The notes under the pieces are model-generated. The model was not told the DNA's origin. It was given only the letters and a program-made list of their open reading frames with translations, and did no database searches. Positions 53,981-59,942 of a DNA stretch of 64,000 bases are shown here, one piece after another. Position 1 is the first letter of the stretch; the number at the start of each line of letters is the position of its first letter. Made by a program: the position numbers and the translations under genes. Source of the stretch: Candidatus Saccharimonadales bacterium (GTDB taxonomy: Bacteria; Patescibacteriota; Saccharimonadia; Saccharimonadales; DATKHC01); the NCBI GenBank assembly GCA_035510465.1, contig DATKHC010000021.1, positions 2,876 through 66,875 of the forward strand. The letters are read 5' to 3'.

Positions 53981-54959
53981 ATACTTCACTAATAACGTCA
54001 AAGCCCTTGAAGCTTCCTGTGATCGAAAGGCCAATTATCTTTCCCTTGCACAGCCCTCTTTGTCCTATTTTCTTGGCAGTCTCATTTAATGTTGACCCCG
54101 AGCCAACCGCATCATCAATAAGAAGAATGTTATTATACTTCCTCGTATCATCCACGCTAATAGTTTCTCGAGCGTTAATTATTCTATCTTCAATCTTGTT
54201 TAGAGTCTTCTGGGGTACTGCAATGGGAGTTTTTACCTTAAAGATAGGAATGGTTCTCACGTTTAAGTTAAGCCTGCTTTGAAGCTGTTTTACTAGCTGT
54301 AGCTCCCTTCTAACTGTTGGCGGTATAAAGCCAACCCCATCTACTTCGTATTTATCTATCAGACGAAGAACGATTGGCTTAATAATGTCACTGAGCTCAT
54401 TTATAAGTTTCCGGTTTTGGCTTTGTTTGGCAAATAGTAACAATTGCCCTAGTTTTGTTTTGCCAAATATTTCTACACTATAGAAATCAATATAAAACAC
54501 TTTATCGAGAGCAACTTCATCAAATGACGTTTTCAGCTTGTACATTCCGTCTATGAGTCCGGCTTTCTTATAATTGCTATACTTGAGCATAGTCTGTTTA
54601 TAACGCTCAGCAGTTTTGGCAAGGTCAAGACTTCTTTCGTTACACCAATATATAAAACCCTCCGTGCCTTCCTGGATGGTTCCCCGGGGAGTAATATACA
54701 GAAACTCCTTTTCGATTATTCTCTTTGCGGCTGCATTGATGATTGAAGAATCACGAGCTTCAGAAGATATTGGTTTGTCTGCTATTGAATAATAAACCCT
54801 TGGTGGCTTGCCAGTCCGCTTAACTTGGTCGTTATCCAAAAGGGCTTTAAGCTGTTTCCTAACAGCTCTGTCCGTGATACCTAGGTAATCAATAAGCTCG
54901 TTGCCTGTCACTTGACCAGTGTTTCTCAGATACTCAACAATTTTTTTTGAAGTTTTCAT
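53979..54959 (-). CDS. Winged-HTH fused to a ComF-like phosphoribosyltransferase
   Basis: N-terminal DeoR-like wHTH (VTGNELIDYLGITDRAVRKQLKAL). C-terminal PRPP-binding loop ILLIDDAVGSGSTLNE, with a ComF-like central region. Confidence 0.7.
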   Translation of the reverse strand: MKTSKKIVEYLRNTGQVTGNELIDYLGITDRAVRKQLKALLDNDQVKRTGKPPRVYYSIADKPISSEARDSSIINAAAKRIIEKEFLYITPRGTIQEGTEGFIYWCNERSLDLAKTAERYKQTMLKYSNYKKAGLIDGMYKLKTSFDEVALDKVFYIDFYSVEIFGKTKLGQLLLFAKQSQNRKLINELSDIIKPIVLRLIDKYEVDGVGFIPPTVRRELQLVKQLQSRLNLNVRTIPIFKVKTPIAVPQKTLNKIEDRIINARETISVDDTRKYNNILLIDDAVGSGSTLNETAKKIGQRGLCKGKIIGLSITGSFKGFDVISEV

Positions 54960-54975
54960 ACTAACAGTATATCAC

Positions 54976-55010
54976 AAAAGTTCCTAGTTCCTAGTGTATT
55001 AGGAACTTTT
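54976..55010. terminator. 11-bp perfect inverted repeat flanked by A and T tracts (bidirectional terminator or operator)
   Basis: AAAAGTTCCTA-13 nt-TAGGAACTTTT followed by TTT. The loop holds a tandem GTTCCTAG repeat. It sits between relE and the PRTase -10 (TGATATACT, 6 nt before the ATG). Confidence 0.45.
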
Positions 55011-55058
55011 TTTAATATCCCTTCGGAGAATTAATAGATCCCTATTAAGAGTCCGCTC

Positions 55059-55115
55059 TGGTGGACTTGAAGCACTTTCTTTCGAACACCTCTTAAGCTG
55101 GCAAGATCATCTCCT
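55059..55115 (+). repeat. R1 repeat, copy C
   Basis: TGGTGGACTTGAAGCACTTTCTTTCGAACACCTCTTAAGCTGGCAAGATCATCTCCT. The left flank GTCCGCTC is shared with the copy at 55800. Confidence 0.8.
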
Positions 55116-55148
55116 GAAGGCCTTTGATCTCAATAACACTAAATCAGA

Positions 55149-55409
55149 TTATTTGTACAGTTGAGGATGGGTTCCTATAGCTACAAATAGCGCCGAACTT
55201 TCGCCCTGCGGTAGATAGTGTGCTCGCCAATAGCCACCAAATGCTATCGAACGATGACCTTTCCACCTACCTGTTAGAGGATGATTATAAAGATCTGGGT
55301 GGTAAGGTTCGGATTCGAACAAAGCAATTACTTTTTCGAAACGTTTTTTCTGTGCTTCAGGTAACTTCTTATATTGTTTATCAAACGATTTGTGGAAAAC
55401 GCTTCTCAT
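55149..55409 (-). CDS. RelE/StbE (YafQ-like) mRNA interferase toxin
   Basis: 86 aa with the FDKQYKKLPEAQKKRFEKVIALFESEPYHPDLYNHPLTGRWKGHRS pattern of RelE/ParE-superfamily toxins. Confidence 0.8.
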   Translation of the reverse strand: MRSVFHKSFDKQYKKLPEAQKKRFEKVIALFESEPYHPDLYNHPLTGRWKGHRSIAFGGYWRAHYLPQGESSALFVAIGTHPQLYK

Positions 55410-55681
55410 AACGATCTAAGGTGGGCGATGGTCTCTTCTGTTGAATTTGTACGAGTAATGTTACGGCCAGCTTTATAGTCGGCTTCAGCCTCTTTAATGA
55501 TTTTTTGCAAATAGGGCGTTGGCTCAAGAGTAGTACTAAACTCAACCCTACCATTACGGAGCATTTCTTTAATTTGAGCATTCAATAACGCAGACACAGG
55601 CAACCCAACCTGAGCGGCGAAATCCTTAAGTTGTTCCTTTGTTTCGGGGTCTGTTTTAATATTGAGTATTGCTGTGTTCAT
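55406..55681 (-). CDS. RelB/DinJ-family antitoxin
   Basis: NIKTDPETKEQLKDFAAQVGLPVSALLNAQIKEM is an RHH DinJ-type N-terminus. 4-nt overlap with the toxin. Confidence 0.8.
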   Translation of the reverse strand: MNTAILNIKTDPETKEQLKDFAAQVGLPVSALLNAQIKEMLRNGRVEFSTTLEPTPYLQKIIKEAEADYKAGRNITRTNSTEETIAHLRSL

Positions 55682-55687
55682 AAAGAC

Positions 55688-55717
55688 ATTATATGACTAT
55701 TATATACACATTGTCAA
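55688..55717 (-). promoter_or_regulatory. Consensus promoter of the relBE-like pair (leaderless)
   Basis: On the minus strand: TTGACA, 18 nt, TATAAT, 6 nt, ATG (55681). Confidence 0.6.
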
Positions 55718-55799
55718 TACGATATTTCATTATTTTTCGAACACAAAATTGGATTACTCTACCCCTGTTTACATATCAAGCTAATCTTCAAGTCCGCTC

Positions 55800-55829
55800 T
55801 GGTGGAGGTAATGGGACGTTACTTGAACC
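55800..55829 (+). repeat. Diverged R1/att-like copy at the left border of the GC-rich island
   Basis: TGGTGGAGGTAATGGGAC-gttac-TTGAACC versus the tRNA-Leu(CAG) 3' end strand TGGTGGGGATGAGAGGAC-TCGAACC. That is 13/18, a 5-nt insertion, then 6/7. Confidence 0.6.
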
Positions 55830-56230
55830 ATTCTGACCAGGGAGAATGCCTCCGGAACCTCCTCGAAATGCTCCCATCTGGGTCCAAAACGGCGAAAGTT
55901 CGAACCCCAAGGCGGGTCTGCCGGCGTCTCGACCCATCCCGCGTGGAGGACCTAATCCGGGGCTACATAGAGGGAGTGCCGGTCGATGATCTCGCCACCC
56001 AGTTCGGGGTTGATCAGAGCACCGTCCAGAAGCACGCTCGCCGACATGACTTGCCCCGCCGGTCACCCCGATTAGGTCCTAACCAGACCGAGGAGGCAGT
56101 TCGGCTCTATCTCGCTGGTCAGTCCTTGGCCAAACTGTCCGATCACTTCGGTGTTGCGACTGACACCGTCGCTCTTGCTTTGCGTAGAACCGGGGTCACC
56201 TTGCGACCACGGCGGGGGTGGTCGAAGTAG
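55802..56230 (+). CDS. Tandem helix-turn-helix DNA-binding protein
   Basis: Two HTH units: VPVDDLATQFGVDQSTVQKHARR and QSLAKLSDHFGVATDTVALALRR. GTG start inside the att-like repeat. Confidence 0.6.
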   Translation: MEVMGRYLNHSDQGECLRNLLEMLPSGSKTAKVRTPRRVCRRLDPSRVEDLIRGYIEGVPVDDLATQFGVDQSTVQKHARRHDLPRRSPRLGPNQTEEAVRLYLAGQSLAKLSDHFGVATDTVALALRRTGVTLRPRRGWSK

Positions 56231-56447
56231 CTCGTTTTCAGGTTCCCGTAGAGGGATCAGACCGTCGATGCGACGCCAGTCAATCTATCCGTTTCAGCGT
56301 TGTCAGCCGTCGGCCTCTGATCGCAGATCACTCTTTGGCTCACTCTTCAAGAGGTCAGATTTAGATTGTCGGGTTGTTGTCGTACAATAGAAACACTATG
56401 AAGAGGGGATGTGACGTGGAGACTGAGTTGCGGGTGGACGGTACGTC

Positions 56448-57323
56448 ATGACGATGGCTGAGGTACCGAATAAATTTGAAGATAAGATTCTTCGGAGAGA
56501 TGAGTTCGCCGCACACTACGAAGTCGTTACGGATCTCCCAGATATCAGCGAAGGCCGTCAATCGAGGGTCTCGGTATTGCGGTTCAAAATCGGCGGTGAA
56601 TCAGAAGAGCTGGTTGTATGGAAACGGATGGGCGTTGGCAAACACCTAACCAAACGAGAAGCTCAGTTTCTGCATTCTCGCTTACGGACGTATCGTCGTA
56701 GCCTGCGAACCTCTGGTTGGAACATTCCGAAGCTTTTTCATACTCATGTGGCCAAGGTCGACATGGAATGGCAGGTATTGAGTTATGAACAGTTCATCCC
56801 AGGTGGGGATGCCGACCACATGTTCAAGAAAGCAAATATTCCGAACTATCGGAAGTGGTTCTTAATTCGAACTGCTCTTGAGACGCTAGCAGAATATGAC
56901 CAGCATCTAATTGGTCCGACCACCATTGAGGGTCAACAAGTGACGTTACTCCCTCACGGTATTGATCTGAAGCTTGCAAATCTCGTCAACGACGAAGGCC
57001 AGGTGTGGTTCGTGGATCTGTTCGGGCCGAAGGAACTCGAGGATGGAGAGTGGGTGAGCTACAACTCAAAACTCGATCATCTATCGGAAGAACGTTTGAA
57101 GGCGGTGACGGCCACAAGAGAAGGAAGTGTATTGCGCCTATTCCGACTCGCAGAAGAGAGTTGGCTGGAAAGTGGGTCAATCCAGAGGGAGACTCTTCAA
57201 GACAACTTCGAGGACGTCCTCGAACAATCAGGTATTCCAGAGCGCGAGGCTACGTTCATCATGGATCAGATCCGATCCGACTACCCGTGGCTCGACAAGC
57301 TCTACTCGGAGGAGCTTGTCTAG
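56448..57323 (+). CDS. Protein-kinase-like fold protein
   Basis: LVVWKR (VAIK-like Lys), HGIDLKLANLV (HxDxxxxN catalytic loop) and WFVDLFGP (DFG-like) occur in the correct order and spacing. Confidence 0.55.
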   Translation: MTMAEVPNKFEDKILRRDEFAAHYEVVTDLPDISEGRQSRVSVLRFKIGGESEELVVWKRMGVGKHLTKREAQFLHSRLRTYRRSLRTSGWNIPKLFHTHVAKVDMEWQVLSYEQFIPGGDADHMFKKANIPNYRKWFLIRTALETLAEYDQHLIGPTTIEGQQVTLLPHGIDLKLANLVNDEGQVWFVDLFGPKELEDGEWVSYNSKLDHLSEERLKAVTATREGSVLRLFRLAEESWLESGSIQRETLQDNFEDVLEQSGIPEREATFIMDQIRSDYPWLDKLYSEELV

Positions 57324-57566
57324 CTGACAAGTAAGGTTCCTTGAGGATATTCAGCGTACCGACCGACGGTGGATCGGACATCGGAGATGCGCAACTCTCA
57401 GCGGTCGCGCACCCACCGGTCAGCCTGACTACGGGGCCATTTCACTCCTCCCACGCCGCCCTGGCCAATGCCTCACTGAGGTCACGCCGTTTAGGCACTT
57501 CTACGGAGTCTCGGGATCCTTAGAAAGCCCCCGGGCATGCCCAAAGTCTGTACGAACGGATGAACC

Positions 57567-57668
57567 ATGGAGCAGCGCAGACTGATGAATCAGGCAATCT
57601 TCGGCAAGCTGTACGTCAACGAAGGTGGAAATATCCGGAGTCCTAAGCTGCGTGTTCGAGAGATGTGA
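57567..57668 (+). pseudogene. Possible C-terminal remnant of a large serine recombinase
   Basis: The 33-codon ORF MEQRRLMNQAIFGKLYVNEGGNIRSPKLRVREM resembles the RRxLNQAxFxKxYV segment I recall near the C-terminus of actinobacterial serine recombinases. Upstream frames are broken. Confidence 0.25.
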
Positions 57669-57873
57669 TCCGGACGCCGTGATCATCAAGCACTCGGTTG
57701 TGGTCAGTTACAGCAGCCTTAATCGCTTTGATGTCGTCCTCAATCTTAGAAATATGAGCTACAGACTTCTTGATTTCACGGCTGTCAGCCTGAAGAAGAG
57801 ACATGCCCTCAGCTAATGCTTGCATCTTGCCGTCTATGTCTTCAAGTAGTACTTCGAGGTGATCTTTTTTCAC
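57643..57873 (-). CDS. Small coiled-coil protein, last gene of the minus-strand operon
   Basis: 76 aa, heptad-like, low GC (23/60 in one line) within the GC-rich island. Confidence 0.4.
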   Translation of the reverse strand: MKKDHLEVLLEDIDGKMQALAEGMSLLQADSREIKKSVAHISKIEDDIKAIKAAVTDHNRVLDDHGVRITSLEHAA

Positions 57874-57954
57874 GATAGATCAATTCTAACATGCGCAACC
57901 AAAATGCGGACACGCACATCTTGATCCTCGAAGATGCGTATTGCTCTATCTACC

Positions 57955-59161
57955 CTAAGTCACACGCCCTTCTACAAAGTTGTTGACTAATTCTGCTAGA
58001 ACAGTATCCGGAACATCGAAGAACTCAAATACCATAAAGAGGGGCTCCACTAGACTGCGAACCAAGTCGACAAGATTTGTTTGGAGCTCTGCGAGCGTGC
58101 AGTCAATCGTTGAACTAACGGCTTCTTCTTGCGTGGTCCGAGCTTGATGCATAAGCCGGTTGCCGGCTGATCGGAGATCCCTTCCTCTGAGTCCACCGTG
58201 TACCACTTCGATATGTAGCTGCGTGGAATCAGGCGCCTCCAATCGAGTGTAACAGCGAGCCAAAAACAACAGGAGCTCGGTGATTCGAATAATTCGTGTG
58301 TCAAAGAAAATCGACCCAGGCAGCCTTTCATCTTCAAATAGACTGCTGAGGAGGTAGAAGTCACCAGTTCGACGCACATACCAATAGTCGTAAGTGCCGT
58401 GTTCTCGAAAACCATCACCAGCAGGTAGAGATACTTCGGCGCGAACTCCATCTGCAGTTGGTTGTGGTCTCATATTATCGCGACTTAGTACTATTCCTAT
58501 TGGCCAGCCGAAGGTCTTGACTTGAGACTCCTCGACCGACGAAAGCAGCACAGACTGACGCCATGTACCCTTCGGTAACAGTGAAACGGACGCCTCCATG
58601 TAACCCTCGAGGTGTACTACTGCGAGACCAGATAAAGCCCTTTCACGTTGCTCATCTATCCATTCTGTGTCGACCGCAGGTTGCGGCTGAATCGGAGTTT
58701 TGTCAGGTTCACCGGGCAGTGGCGGCTCGATGATTGCCAAACGTCGCTTTATCCGCTTCTCCAGCTCTTCTCGGAACTCCGCCGGTTTCTTACTATCCCA
58801 AAGCAACCGGTCATATCCTTCTAGGTCAAAATGAACATGGGGACCATCATGTTTGTAGTTTGGGCTGCTGTGATGATGGTCCTCACGAACCGTAAGGATG
58901 AGATTGCGTTTCTTGCCAAGACCCATTGCATATCCGACTTCCAAGTAACAATTCGGTCGCTCGTTTGTTAGATCGGCGACAATAATCTGCGAGCTTTCAA
59001 GGAACGCCACGATCTCAGACTTAAGGAGCTCTCCGGAATTGTCCCGATCGACTCTCTTGGGGGGCGAGCCCACACGCTTCGATCGCAGGAACAATAACGC
59101 TGTCACAGATGCGATCCATTTCGGCATCGCCTATCTGCATGATGATGAATGCATCATCCAT
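57955..59161 (-). pseudogene. Nucleoside 2-deoxyribosyltransferase/TIR-like N-terminal domain fused to an unknown ~260-aa domain; frameshifted in a G6 run
   Basis: The ATG at 59161 gives MDDAFIIMQIGDAEMDRICDSVIVPAIEACGLAP. After the run 59059-59064 the frame shifts to KRVDRDNSGELLKSEIVAFLESSQIIVADLTNERPNCYLEVGYAMGLGK (track ORF 57955..59127). Removing one G restores a ~401-aa ORF. Confidence 0.6.
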
Positions 59162-59176
59162 TCTTACAAATCCTTG

Positions 59177-59614
59177 TCATCCCGCCTCTTTACCGTTGGC
59201 TCGCCGCTCGGCGTCCCTCTGGATGGCGACCTCGAGAAGGAGCTGCGCCAACTTGTCCACCTTGATATCCGACCTGGCCAGTGAGTGGATACGGATTCTA
59301 CCCCTCTGACCTCGTGGAGCTTTCGTCTGGGTTGGCTCACGGTCACTCGGCCCGGGGTCGCTCGGCTTGAGCGCTTGACGTATCCGGAGATAGAGCTTGC
59401 CCGCTCGATGAGGAAGAGACGGATGGTCAGCAGTAACGAGCTGGCGATGGAGGACGGCGTCCTTATCGTTGAGCTTCTTGGTCAGCGCGTAGAAACCATG
59501 AAGCTCTAGTTGCTGGGCGTAAGGCAAGATGGTGAAGACATTGCGGTTGCTGTTCCATACTTCGAGAAGGAACTGACGTTGCTCTAAGTAATCGTGATTC
59601 GTTAAACGTGGCAC
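59177..59614 (-). CDS. Hypothetical protein, first gene of the operon
   Basis: 145-aa ORF with a GTG start embedded in an inverted repeat. No motif recognised. Confidence 0.45.
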   Translation of the reverse strand: MPRLTNHDYLEQRQFLLEVWNSNRNVFTILPYAQQLELHGFYALTKKLNDKDAVLHRQLVTADHPSLPHRAGKLYLRIRQALKPSDPGPSDREPTQTKAPRGQRGRIRIHSLARSDIKVDKLAQLLLEVAIQRDAERRANGKEAG

Positions 59615-59662
59615 CGGTACATTGCTCTCTTACGCAATCAGTGTCTCATACATGTACCGGTG
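59612..59662. promoter_or_regulatory. 11-bp perfect inverted repeat overlapping the start codon of 59177..59614
   Basis: CACCGGTACAT, 29 nt, ATGTACCGGTG. A third CCGGTACAT lies at 59759-59767 inside the palindrome GGTACATCGTGTACC. Confidence 0.5.
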
Positions 59663-59816
59663 AGCAAAATACCTTGACGGACTTGAACCATTTAACAGCG
59701 GTCGCGATTTTGGGGTTGAGTGACAACCAGTGACGCGTAGCCACACGGTTTTGGTTGTCCGGTACATCGTGTACCTCTGTTATAGTGGGATCTATTCTAT
59801 ACTATTCCTATAGTTA

Positions 59817-59902
59817 TGGTGGGGATGAGAGGACTCGAACCTCCACGGGCTATGCCCACTAGTACCTGAAACTAGCGTGTATACCAATTTCACCACATCC
59901 CC
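59817..59902 (-). tRNA. tRNA-Leu (anticodon CAG)
   Basis: Manual fold: GGGGATG acceptor, anticodon loop TTCAGGT, long variable arm, T-loop TTCGAGT, encoded CCA. Confidence 0.85.
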
Positions 59903-59942
59903 AGTAACCCTGATTCTACATAAGTATGGACCAGCAGTAAAT

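Larger units (their letters stand above)
55800..59816. mobile_element. GC-rich genomic island integrated downstream of tRNA-Leu(CAG); no intact recombinase
   Basis: Hand GC counts inside the island: 34/60, 35/60 and 33/60. Flanks and backbone: 24/60 and 24/60. Bounded by the tRNA 3' end and a degenerate copy of it. Confidence 0.65.

Noticed and set aside
52923-55115. R1 copies as genuine tRNA 3' fragments or pseudo-tRNAs.
   Set aside because: Beyond TGGTGGA (CCA plus discriminator plus the acceptor start) and a TTCGAAC T-loop-like box, the intervening bases cannot form a T-stem. The spacing is also 5 nt too long. They are better explained as diverged att/HTH-gene heads.
52923-55829. Chromosomal integron (attC-bounded cassettes), suggested by repeats separating TA cassettes.
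   Set aside because: - No IntI-like tyrosine recombinase or attI lies in or next to the array.
- A GTTRRRY-like core (GTTAGAT / GTTAGAC) occurs in only two R1 copies.
- I found no matching RYYYAAC inverse core or the attC bulged-hairpin symmetry.
- I keep it as a non-integron cassette array.
55821-59692. Exact 12-nt direct repeat ACTTGAACCATT at 55821-55832 and 59681-59692, near both island ends.
   Set aside because: A 12-mer match is expected by chance many times in 64 kb (roughly N^2/2/4^12, on the order of 100 pairs). The extension is only about 16/20. It is not used to define the island borders.
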